Assembly (NCBI GenBank): GCA_965247115.1
Contig: CBDFGR010000002.1
Location: 576,001-640,000, forward strand
Direction: 5' to 3'
From: Myxococcota bacterium
Lineage (GTDB): Bacteria > Myxococcota_A > UBA9160 > SZUA-336
DNA length: 64,000 bases
The notes under the pieces were generated by a model that did not search any database, had not been told where the DNA came from, and worked only from the letters and a program-made list of their open reading frames with translations. The position numbers and the translations under genes were made by a program. Below, piece after piece: positions 9,079 through 18,046 of this stretch (position 1 is its first letter; every line of letters begins with the position of its first letter).

Positions 9079-10581
9079 TTACGCCGATGTGCCCATGATA
9101 CCTCGACTTCGTCCGGGCCAGCACAGCAGAGAAATGGGAAGAGCAACGGCCGCAACGCCCGTCGCGATGAGATAGGTACCGCGAAACGCCGGCGCGAACG
9201 CGTCCGCGTCGCCGCCGTGGGAGTCGAGCAGGCCCGCGAAGACGGCGCTGAGGACGGCAACGCTTGTGACCGAGCCGAGGCTCCGCGACAGCGCCAGAAT
9301 CGATCCGCCCATACCGAGCCGATCGGCGCTGACGCTGCCCATTACCAGGCTCGCGTTCGCAGCCTGGAACACCCCGAAACCGATCCCGAGCAATCCCATC
9401 CGCACGCCGACTTCGACGACGCTCGATTGCTCATCGAGGCGGCTCAGTGCATACAGGACTGCGACCGTAGCGGCGGTTGCAGCAGTCGACAGATGGGCAG
9501 CCGACATCCGATCGCACAGCCAGCCGCCGAGCGGCGCGACCACTGCAGACACCATCGGCATCAGGACGAGGAGTACGCCGAGTGTCGTCGCGCTCGTTCC
9601 CAGCACGCTGACGGCGTAAAACGGAAAGATGAACAGGTTGACGAATGTGGCCATGAACAGCAGAAGCGCGTTGACCACGGCCGGTAGCAGTACGCGGTCC
9701 CCCAGCAGAGCAAGGTCCAGCAAAGGTCTCGCGGCACGCCGCTCGAAGTAGCCGAACGCTGCCAGGAAGATCGCGGCAGCAGCGCCGAGGCCGATGACGG
9801 TCGGATCCACCCAGCCGTGACGGCCGCCGAGCGTGAGAAAGAGGATCAGCGTCACGAACGCGACAAACGACGTCAGCGCTCCGGCGACGTCGAAGTGGGG
9901 TCTCGAGCGTTTCACGACCCCTGTATCGTCAGGGGACGCATCCGCTGGCGCCTCCTTCAGCGCAAAGAACGCGAACCCGAACGTCGCGACACACAGTGGC
10001 ACACGCGCGAGAAAGATGGACGGCCAGCCAAACGCATCGACCAGCAGGCCTCCGCCAATAGACCCGGCAATCAAGCCGAGGGTGCCAATGGCGGCCATCA
10101 GACCGAGTGCACGACCGCGTTCTCTGGCGGGAAACAAGCGGGTCACGAGACCTGGTGCAGAGGCCAGAATCAACCCGTTGCCGATAGCCTGAAGCACGCG
10201 CAAGGCGAACACACTCGACAGGGTTTCATCCGCAAGGCCGATCAGCAGCACCGCGAGCGTATACACCGCGACGCCGCCAAGATAGAATTTCCGCAACCCG
10301 TACAGGTCCACCGCACTTCCGAGCCCGAGCTGCAAGCCCGTCGTCGCGCCGACATAGAACACGATGATCCACTGGATCGTCTCCACGTCGGTGGCGAAGC
10401 TCGCCGTGATCTCTGGCAACGCGACGTTCACTGTCACATCGAGCGTACCGAGAAACAGACCGAGTGAGGCCGCGACCAGGCCGCTCCATTTGTTGGCGAG
10501 GTTCACGGCGCCACATTCTACAGAGACGCCAGAGGAGGATTGCGCCAATACGCGACGACAGCGAGAGTTTGTTGGTAGCAT
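9079..10581 (-). CDS. MFS transporter (DHA2/EmrB-like)
   Basis: LDVTVNVALP, RVLQAIG, RERGRALG, many TM segments; true start possibly GTG 10506. Confidence 0.9.
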   Translation of the reverse strand: MLPTNSRCRRVLAQSSSGVSVECGAVNLANKWSGLVAASLGLFLGTLDVTVNVALPEITASFATDVETIQWIIVFYVGATTGLQLGLGSAVDLYGLRKFYLGGVAVYTLAVLLIGLADETLSSVFALRVLQAIGNGLILASAPGLVTRLFPARERGRALGLMAAIGTLGLIAGSIGGGLLVDAFGWPSIFLARVPLCVATFGFAFFALKEAPADASPDDTGVVKRSRPHFDVAGALTSFVAFVTLILFLTLGGRHGWVDPTVIGLGAAAAIFLAAFGYFERRAARPLLDLALLGDRVLLPAVVNALLLFMATFVNLFIFPFYAVSVLGTSATTLGVLLVLMPMVSAVVAPLGGWLCDRMSAAHLSTAATAATVAVLYALSRLDEQSSVVEVGVRMGLLGIGFGVFQAANASLVMGSVSADRLGMGGSILALSRSLGSVTSVAVLSAVFAGLLDSHGGDADAFAPAFRGTYLIATGVAAVALPISLLCWPGRSRGIMGTSA

Positions 10582-10593
10582 GGTTCACCCAAG

Positions 10594-11937
10594 GTGCTCG
10601 AAGAACCGCTGCAAGACCGGCCCGTCGCTACGGGAGAGCGCGGCCGACAGCCCCGTTTCTTCTACGGCTATTGGCTGATCGGCGCAGCGTTCATCGCTCA
10701 GTTCGTCGCCGTTGGCGCCATCGTCTACGTGATGGGCCCGTTCCTTGCCCCCATGACCGAGGAGCTCGGGTGGACTCGCGCGGAGTACACCATCCCCCGC
10801 TCGCTCGGGCAGTTCCTGATGGCCGTCACCGGCTTCGTGATCGGGACGCACGTGGATCGCTACGGTGCCAGGCGCCTGATGCTGATCGGCATCACGCTGC
10901 TCGCAGGCTCACTGTTTGCCATGGGCTCGATCGATACGCTCTGGCAGTGGATCGTGCTCAACGGGATCCTTGCAACCGTCGGCGCCGGCCTGATGGGCAA
11001 CCTTGTGGTCAACGTCACTCTCGCCAGGTGGTTCGTCGAGCTGCGGGGCCGGGCCATCGCGTTCTCGGCCATGGGCGTGTCATTTGCTGGCGTGCTGCTG
11101 ACACCGACGATGACGATGGTGATCGATACGTGGGGGTGGCGGACGGGCTGGCACGTGCTCGGGGTGGGGGCGGCTCTGCTCGCTTACCCCGTCGCGCTCG
11201 TCATGCGTCGCGCGCCTGAAGACCACGGGCTCCACCCAGACGGGAAGTCGGATGCGCAAGTGGCGGCGGGGCTTGCCCGACGCGCGCGGCTCGACTACGC
11301 GAGCTCGCTCACGCGCTCACAGGCGCTGCGGACCGGGGCATTCTACCTGCTGGTCTTCGCGTTCGGGCTATCGCTCGTCAACCTGAGCGTGGTCATCCTG
11401 CACGCCATCCCGTTCATGACCGACGCTGGCTATCCGCGTACGACAGCGGCCCTCACGTTCACGCTTGCCTCGGTCCCCGCGCTGCTCTCAAAGCCGCTCT
11501 GGGGCTACTTCATCGACAAGCTCGACCCAAAGCCACTCGCGGCATTGAGCTCCGCACTCACTGGCGTGTCGTTACTCATCATCCTGATGAGTGTTCGGGC
11601 AGGAGCGGACGCGATCGTGTACGTGGGCTTCCTCCTGCTGGGCTGCGGCTGGGGTGGAATGATCCCCCTGCAAGAGGTGATCTGGGCCTCGTTCTTCGGC
11701 CGCCGCTACCTCGGATCCGTGCGCAGCGCGGCCCTGCCCTTCTCACTGATCCTCGGCGCCGGCGCCCCGCTGGCAGCCTCGTACTACTTCGACTACGTGG
11801 GCGACTACGACGGCGCCTTCTTGGCGATCGCCGGACTCACGCTCCTAGCCGCCGTGCTGCTGCTGTTGATCTCTCCGCCCGAGCGCCAGGTGACTCAATC
11901 CGAGGAGCTCGCGTCTCGTTCGGCGAGCAGCGCGTAG
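10594..11937 (+). CDS. MFS transporter (OFA/MCT-like)
   Basis: FYGYW N-terminus, DRYGAR motif A, WFxxxRGxA, FGRRYLG. Confidence 0.9.
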   Translation: MLEEPLQDRPVATGERGRQPRFFYGYWLIGAAFIAQFVAVGAIVYVMGPFLAPMTEELGWTRAEYTIPRSLGQFLMAVTGFVIGTHVDRYGARRLMLIGITLLAGSLFAMGSIDTLWQWIVLNGILATVGAGLMGNLVVNVTLARWFVELRGRAIAFSAMGVSFAGVLLTPTMTMVIDTWGWRTGWHVLGVGAALLAYPVALVMRRAPEDHGLHPDGKSDAQVAAGLARRARLDYASSLTRSQALRTGAFYLLVFAFGLSLVNLSVVILHAIPFMTDAGYPRTTAALTFTLASVPALLSKPLWGYFIDKLDPKPLAALSSALTGVSLLIILMSVRAGADAIVYVGFLLLGCGWGGMIPLQEVIWASFFGRRYLGSVRSAALPFSLILGAGAPLAASYYFDYVGDYDGAFLAIAGLTLLAAVLLLLISPPERQVTQSEELASRSASSA

Positions 11938-12632
11938 ACTCGCAGCACCGTCAGCAACGTGATGTTCCGCACGAGGTCCGCCGGTGCCTCGGCCAGCGGA
12001 TTCAGCGGGTACGCCCCGAACACAGCGGCAAGATCGAGGCGGGCTGCGGCCTGGTCCGCGCTCAGACCCGAGTCGCGGGCGCTCGAGACCTCGGTCCAGA
12101 GCTTTCGCAGCGAGGTCTGGGCCATGTCGATGACCGCGCGATCTCGGGTGGCCTCCCCATGGCCGGGCAGCAGCAGATCGAAGTCGAGCTCCTTCAAGCG
12201 CTCGAGCGTCTCCGCCCACTCGTCGACGTAGGCGTCGCCGGTGTAGGAGGGAAAGGGTAGAAGCAGATCGCCGGTGAACACGAGCCGCTCACGGGGCAGG
12301 TACACGACGACGTCGCCGCCCGTGTGGCCGCGCCCCAGGAAGTGGAGCTCGGGAATGGCCCCTGTAAAGATGCGGTACGTCCGCTCGTCGAGCACCGGTC
12401 CCAGCAGCCTCTCGCGGGTGTACTCGTGCCCCACAGTGGCGACCCCTGGCGGGAAGCTCAGATTGCCGTGAGCGTGGTCGAAGTGGAAGTGGGTGTTGAC
12501 CAGGTAGCGGACCGGCTTGTCCGTAAGCTCTGCTGCGGAGGCAAGCAACGCGCGCGCGGCTGCGGGAGTCACGTGAGAGTCCACAATGATCTCCCGAATC
12601 GGGTGCCCGCCGACATGCCACGCCAGCGCCAC
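11895..12632 (-). pseudogene. Metallo-beta-lactamase-fold hydrolase, apparently truncated and internally deleted
   Basis: THFHFDHAHGN, GHTGGD, FTGD, PGHG motifs intact, but the N-terminal strands are missing and the segment before GHT is unusually short. Confidence 0.55.
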
Positions 12633-12711
12633 GGGGGCACCCTACTCCGCCCGGCGCCGCGTGTCACAGGCTCCTGCGCGCACCCTCTGCCCTGATCTAC
12701 AATCGGGCGAG

Positions 12712-13203
12712 ATGTCGCGCATGAAGCCAGAGGTTCTGAAGGACTTCCTGCTCCAGCCCTACGTGGGGGTGGTCGCCACGCTGCGCCGGGACGGGCGGCC
12801 GTACACCGTGCCCGTCTGGTGGCTCCACGACGACGGGGCGTTCTGGATCACCGGGACCACGAGCCGCGTCTGGTGCAAGCAGCTCAAGCGGGACCCGCGC
12901 GCGTCGCTCTGCATCGAGACAACAGACGGTGCGCCCCGCCACGTCGAGGTCGATGGACATGCGACGGCCCACGAGCTACCCGACTTCGACATCTGGCCGG
13001 TCACGCGGCTCCTGGCCGAGAAGTACGTTGGCCGCAACGATCCCGCGAACGACGCAGCGGTCGACGCGTTCTTCGCGAACATGCAAACCGAGCCGCGACT
13101 TCTGTTCCGGCTCGAGGGCGATGTGTGGCGCACCATCGATCTGACCGTGTACCGCGGCAAGCGCGCCGATCGCGAGTTCCAGGCGGCCCAGGGCTCCGAC
13201 TGA
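12712..13203 (+). CDS. Pyridoxamine 5'-phosphate oxidase-like (split barrel, flavin/F420-binding) protein
   Basis: VATLRRDGRP..VPVWW, L.RDPRASLCI; start 12712 or 12721. Confidence 0.8.
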   Translation: MSRMKPEVLKDFLLQPYVGVVATLRRDGRPYTVPVWWLHDDGAFWITGTTSRVWCKQLKRDPRASLCIETTDGAPRHVEVDGHATAHELPDFDIWPVTRLLAEKYVGRNDPANDAAVDAFFANMQTEPRLLFRLEGDVWRTIDLTVYRGKRADREFQAAQGSD

Positions 13204-13215
13204 CGGCGTCCCCGC

Positions 13216-14223
13216 CTACGCCCCCTGCAGCAGGAGCTTCACCACATCGGAGAGCTTCGCATCGAACTCGTCGGCGGCGTCCGCGCCCAGCTGCCGCAGC
13301 TCGTTCAGGTTCTCCTGATCGACCCTGTCCAGGTCGCTGTTACCGACCGGGATCTCTGGCTGTACCCGCAGGTACTGCTCGGGGCGGCCGACCGCATCGA
13401 AGATCTGCTCGAGCTGGTAGTCCACGGTCTCGGCAACGCCGGACATCATGATGCTGATCACGGGCTTCGCCCACTCGGCGAGACCCCAGTCCTTGGCCTC
13501 TGCATACGCGTAAGATTTCTCGTTCGAGCCGCTGCCGAGGGAGAGGATCAGCATGTCGGCCGCACGCTTGTCCGCGTGGACCCGGGCCTCGGCGTAGGCG
13601 CAGAGCGCTGGGTTGTTGGCGAACACGCCGCCGTCGACGAGCGGAAAGACCAGGTTCGCGTCGGACTTGACCCGTGCACACTCGAAGTACGTCGGTGCCG
13701 CAGACGTTGCGCGGGCCACGTCGCGGACGAGAAAGTTCCGATTCGGGTCTCCCTGCGCGAGGTGCTGTTTGAAGAAGTGCGCGCGCCGGCGCCTGACGTC
13801 GTACGCGGTGATGAGACAGGGTTTGAGCAGGGCGCTCAGCTTCAGCTGGCCGAGGTAGTCGTGGAGCGCCTCCTCCAGTCCCTCTGCCGGATAGCGCTCG
13901 TCGAGCAGCCCCGCAGCGGAGCGAATCTTGTGCCCCAGGGGAATGTCGAAGATCTCGTCCCCCCGCTCGAAGTAGAGCTCGAGCGCTTGCGAGGCCGTGA
14001 AGCGCGGCCGCGTGGGCTGGTCCGAACTCGGGCAGAGATAGACGCAGCCGAGGATCCCGCCGGTGCTCGTCCCCGCGATGAGGTCGAAGTAGTCGGCGAT
14101 GCGCGCGTCCTCGTTCCCCGTCTCCTGCTGGAGCTTCTCCTCGACAGCCATGAGGATCCGGGCCGGAATGATGCCGCGAATCCCTCCGCCGTCGATCGAG
14201 AGAATGCGATACAGGTCGGCCAC
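13216..14223 (-). CDS. Patatin-like phospholipase
   Basis: SIDGGGIRG, GTSTG, SAAPTYF, DGGVFANNP; GTG start 14223 (ORF extends to 14268). Confidence 0.92.
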   Translation of the reverse strand: MADLYRILSIDGGGIRGIIPARILMAVEEKLQQETGNEDARIADYFDLIAGTSTGGILGCVYLCPSSDQPTRPRFTASQALELYFERGDEIFDIPLGHKIRSAAGLLDERYPAEGLEEALHDYLGQLKLSALLKPCLITAYDVRRRRAHFFKQHLAQGDPNRNFLVRDVARATSAAPTYFECARVKSDANLVFPLVDGGVFANNPALCAYAEARVHADKRAADMLILSLGSGSNEKSYAYAEAKDWGLAEWAKPVISIMMSGVAETVDYQLEQIFDAVGRPEQYLRVQPEIPVGNSDLDRVDQENLNELRQLGADAADEFDAKLSDVVKLLLQGA

Positions 14224-14285
14224 TCCGCTGATTCTAGGACCCCGATCGGACCGGTTCGAGAGCTCCATGGCGCAGGCGGACGTCG

Positions 14286-15107
14286 GTGGCGGTTGAGGCG
14301 GGAGTGGTACAATCTGAACCCAACATGGAGTGGCTCGAAGAGCGGGTGGACGTCGGAGGAGATGCTCTCATCGTCCGGAGGACCGGAAGCGGGAGACCGC
14401 TCCTCGTGCTCCACGAAGAGCTCGGCTGTCCCGGACCCGTCGCTTGGCAGGCGACGCTGGGCGAGCAGCGAACGCTTCTCGTCCCGCTGCATCCCGGCTT
14501 CAGTCGCAGCCCTGCAAGCGACTGGATCGCGAGCGTCCGCGACCTCGCCTGCTTCTATGGCCGCTACCTACGGGAACAGGAGCAGGTCCCGCTAGACGTG
14601 ATCGGCTTCTCGTTCGGCGGCTGGATCGCAGCGGAGATGGCGGCGAACGACCCCACTCTCTTCTCGCGAATGGTCCTCGTCGGTGCAACAGGTGTCCGCC
14701 CCCCGGAAGGCGAGATCCTCGACATGTTCCTGTCAACTGCAGAGGACTACCTGCGGGCGACCGTGCTCGACCCGGCCGCGACGAGCGAGTTCACGAGCCT
14801 GTACGGAGCCGAGATCACGCCCGAGCAGTTCGAGGCCTTCGAAGACGCCCGCGCCCAGGTCGCACGACTCGCCTGGCGGCCCTACCTGTTCAACCCGAGC
14901 CTTCCCCATCTTCTGGAAGGGGCCAACGCTCTCCCCACGCTCATTCTGTGGGGAGACAAGGACGGCGTGGTCCCGCGCAGTGCTGGTGAGGTCTATCGGA
15001 GAGCAATCCCGGACTCGAAGCTCGTAGTCTTCCCGGACTGCGGGCACCGCCCAGAGATCGAGAAACGCGAGGAGTTCCTCGCCGAGCTACGAGCCTTTCT
15101 CGGCTGA
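14286..15107 (+). CDS. Alpha/beta hydrolase
   Basis: GFSFGG elbow, WGDKD, CGH. Confidence 0.85.
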   Translation: MAVEAGVVQSEPNMEWLEERVDVGGDALIVRRTGSGRPLLVLHEELGCPGPVAWQATLGEQRTLLVPLHPGFSRSPASDWIASVRDLACFYGRYLREQEQVPLDVIGFSFGGWIAAEMAANDPTLFSRMVLVGATGVRPPEGEILDMFLSTAEDYLRATVLDPAATSEFTSLYGAEITPEQFEAFEDARAQVARLAWRPYLFNPSLPHLLEGANALPTLILWGDKDGVVPRSAGEVYRRAIPDSKLVVFPDCGHRPEIEKREEFLAELRAFLG

Positions 15108-15132
15108 CAGCCGAGAGCCAAGGAGATCCACC

Positions 15133-16455
15133 GTGCACATCATGTGGTTCACCGAGCGGGCCTACCACGAAGACGACCCCGCCAGGAACAAGGCGTTGGA
15201 AGACGAGATCCTCCGCAAGCAGAGCTTCTGGGGGACCCCGAACGAGTTCTTCGACCGCAAGCGCGGCGCCGAGCTGCTCAACTTCTATCTCGACGAGAAG
15301 ATCTACGCCGAGGAGCTCGGCGGCTTCGACGGGCTGATGCTGAACGAGCACCACGGCACGCCGTTCTGTCTCGGCTCGGTGATGGACATGGAGGCCGCGA
15401 TCATCGCGAAGACCACGAAGACCTCGAAGATCGTGCTGCTCGGCAACCCGATCCCGGTTAATAACCCGCTGCGGCTGGCGGAAGAACTCGCGATGATCGA
15501 TCTGATCTCGGGCGGCCGGCTGGTTCCCGGCTGGGTGCGCGGCACCGGCACCGAGCAGCTCGCCAACGGGGTGAATCCGGCGATCAATCGCGAGCTCTTC
15601 GAGGAGGGCCACGACCTGATCATCCGGGCGTGGACCGAGGACGGCCCGTTCCGCTACGAGGGCAAGCACTACCACTACCGCATGGTGAACCCGTGGGTAA
15701 AGCCGCTGCAGGAGCCCCATCCACCCATCTGGATCCCGGGACTCGTCAGCCCGGACACGGCCAGGTGGTGCGCTCAGAAGCGCTACCCCTACGTGGCGCT
15801 CGCCACGTACCCGGAGCCCACCGCGGAGCTCTGGCGCATCTACTCCGACACCGCCGCGAAGGAGGGCTACCAGGCGGGACCCGAGAACTTCGGCTACATG
15901 CAACCCATCTTCGTAAGCGACAACCAGGAACGCGCCGAAGAGCTCGGCAAGCGCTTCCTCTTTGGCGGCCACTTTGCCCACTTCGCACGGCCCGAGTGGA
16001 TGTTTCCCCCGGGCTACAACTCCAAGGAGGCCACGCAGCGTCTCGCTCGCCAGTTCGCGAACCCGAACCTGCCGGGACACTCCATGGTATCAACGTGGAC
16101 CGACGAGACCGACGTAGAGGAGATCCGGCGCCAGGTCTACGGCCGCTTCGATACCGCGCAGCAAGACCTGCAGATGATCGCTGGAACGCCGGACTACGTG
16201 ATCCCACGCCTCCAGTACGTGCTGGACATGCTGCGCCCAGGGATCCTGTCGTTCTGGATCGACGGGCCCATCCCCCGCGACGAGCGCGCGAAGTGCCTGC
16301 GCATGCTGAGCGATGACGTGATTCCGGCCGTGCGCGAGCACGGCAAGAAGCTGGGACTCCGCTCTCCCTTCGAGCGCCAGCCCGGCTCGGTCCCGCTCAA
16401 CTCGTCCGGGGTCCCGGAGCCGGTCGCATGGCCGGACACGCAGCCGTCCTACTGA
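15133..16455 (+). CDS. Luciferase-like (LLM) flavin-dependent monooxygenase
   Basis: LNEHH, PLRLAEELAMIDLISGGRL, KPLQEPHPPIW; AAGGAG RBS. Confidence 0.92.
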   Translation: MHIMWFTERAYHEDDPARNKALEDEILRKQSFWGTPNEFFDRKRGAELLNFYLDEKIYAEELGGFDGLMLNEHHGTPFCLGSVMDMEAAIIAKTTKTSKIVLLGNPIPVNNPLRLAEELAMIDLISGGRLVPGWVRGTGTEQLANGVNPAINRELFEEGHDLIIRAWTEDGPFRYEGKHYHYRMVNPWVKPLQEPHPPIWIPGLVSPDTARWCAQKRYPYVALATYPEPTAELWRIYSDTAAKEGYQAGPENFGYMQPIFVSDNQERAEELGKRFLFGGHFAHFARPEWMFPPGYNSKEATQRLARQFANPNLPGHSMVSTWTDETDVEEIRRQVYGRFDTAQQDLQMIAGTPDYVIPRLQYVLDMLRPGILSFWIDGPIPRDERAKCLRMLSDDVIPAVREHGKKLGLRSPFERQPGSVPLNSSGVPEPVAWPDTQPSY

Positions 16456-16482
16456 ACGGGCTCACACGGTCCTACTTCACCG

Positions 16483-17940
16483 TCAGGAGCCGGGAACCCT
16501 CCCGAGCACTGCGGCCGCCTCCTTCTCCACCGCCGTGCCTTTGAAGAAATCTGGATTCGTCTCGCCCCAGAAGTGGATGGGGTTCGTGAATACGAAGTCG
16601 CGGAAGTCGTCTCCGCTCATCAGGCCTTTCTCGACGAGCTCGTAGGCTTCCGGCAGGACACCAGCCATGTCGGCGACGTCGAAGTGGCCGATGTCCGAGC
16701 CGAACAGAGCGTTCAAGCGCCCATTGAAGGGGATGGCCTTGCGGTTGAAGGCCAGGGCGTTCATACGGTCGTCCGCCTCGCAGCCAAAGTAGAGACTCCT
16801 CGTGAACAGGTCGCGGAAGTCCTCGATGTCGTCGATCTTGCAGGCGGCGAAATCGTCGAGATTCTCGATGCCGCCGGTCTCTACGGCTCCACTCAGCGTC
16901 ATGGCGGCCTCGAACGCCCCGTCGCCTTCCAGGGCAGCTGCCATCCCCGGGCTGCCGTACCTCTCTGCCAGCTCGCGAAGCTGAGCCTGGTCGAGGTTCT
17001 CCGGATTCACTTCCTCCAGCGCCTGGAGATTTCGCTTCTCCCAGTGCTCGATCAGATCGGCGTAGAGCTGGCAGGCCCAGCCCACCCCGCCCTCGAGGAA
17101 GGCGAGCTTCAGGTCCGGGAAGCGGCGGGTCACCCCACCAAGGAAGAGTGCCTTGCACACTGCCTCGCCAGCAGAGGCAAAGTGGCCAATGTGGTTGTAG
17201 ACGAAGTTCGACGGCGAGTTGCGCAGAGCAAACCCTCGTCCGCCGGAGTGGAAGGTCGGCGATACGCCGAGCTCGACGCACTTGGACCACACGGGATCGT
17301 AGTCGTGCTCGCTGTCGATGCCGAGCACGTCGAACCAGACGGCAGTGCGCGACGCCTCCGGATGCTCCCTAGCCGAAGGAATCGGGCGGCGCATCATGCT
17401 GGCCATCAGGATGACTTTGAGGCCGAGCTGCCGGGTCACGAACTCGAGCTCCTCGATGGCCTCTTCCGGAGTGTGCATCGGGATCACCGCGGCCGGCGTG
17501 AGACGATCTGCGACGTCGGCGAAGTACTCGGCAGAGAAGATGTTGAACGCGCGGGAGGCGGCACGGCGAACCTCGCCGTCTCCATGCATGGCCACTCCCA
17601 GGCCGGCGGTCGGATACATGACGCTGAAGTCGAAGCCGAACTCGCCCATCCGTTCGTACAGAAGCTTCGGCATCAGCGCCGTCGCCCGGTCTCGCGTGTT
17701 CCTGGTAGGGAAGGACCAGAACGCCTGCTGCCCGATCCGCCGCTTTTGTCTCTCCGCCAGCGACATCGAGAGCTGGCTCCCGACCATCTCCGGAAAGAAG
17801 GCAAAGCCCTCCAGGGCCTTGTCCCCGCCGATCTGCCGGAGCCGCTCCCGGATCAGCGGGCCGAACTCGAGCCAGTGGCCATCCGCGTCGATGACGGGAT
17901 GACCGAGCTGCGATCGAAGCTCTGCTGCACTTGCACTCAT
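16483..17940 (-). CDS. Amidohydrolase 2 family protein
   Basis: VIDADGH, YPT, YDPVW, FLEGGVGW, FGSDIGHFD; ATG 17940 with GAGGAGG RBS. Confidence 0.9.
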   Translation of the reverse strand: MSASAAELRSQLGHPVIDADGHWLEFGPLIRERLRQIGGDKALEGFAFFPEMVGSQLSMSLAERQKRRIGQQAFWSFPTRNTRDRATALMPKLLYERMGEFGFDFSVMYPTAGLGVAMHGDGEVRRAASRAFNIFSAEYFADVADRLTPAAVIPMHTPEEAIEELEFVTRQLGLKVILMASMMRRPIPSAREHPEASRTAVWFDVLGIDSEHDYDPVWSKCVELGVSPTFHSGGRGFALRNSPSNFVYNHIGHFASAGEAVCKALFLGGVTRRFPDLKLAFLEGGVGWACQLYADLIEHWEKRNLQALEEVNPENLDQAQLRELAERYGSPGMAAALEGDGAFEAAMTLSGAVETGGIENLDDFAACKIDDIEDFRDLFTRSLYFGCEADDRMNALAFNRKAIPFNGRLNALFGSDIGHFDVADMAGVLPEAYELVEKGLMSGDDFRDFVFTNPIHFWGETNPDFFKGTAVEKEAAAVLGRVPGS

Positions 17941-18046
17941 ACCATCCTCCTCACCTGCATACAGCATACTCCGGGGATGTGATAAAGGGGACTGGCAACA
18001 ACCGAAAAGGAGCCGGGGATGCTCCTGGGAAAGGAGCAGCACCGAC

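Noticed and set aside
13216..14268. CBASS CapV effector / anti-phage system
   Set aside because: Patatin motifs are present, but no CD-NTase or other defence gene is adjacent.
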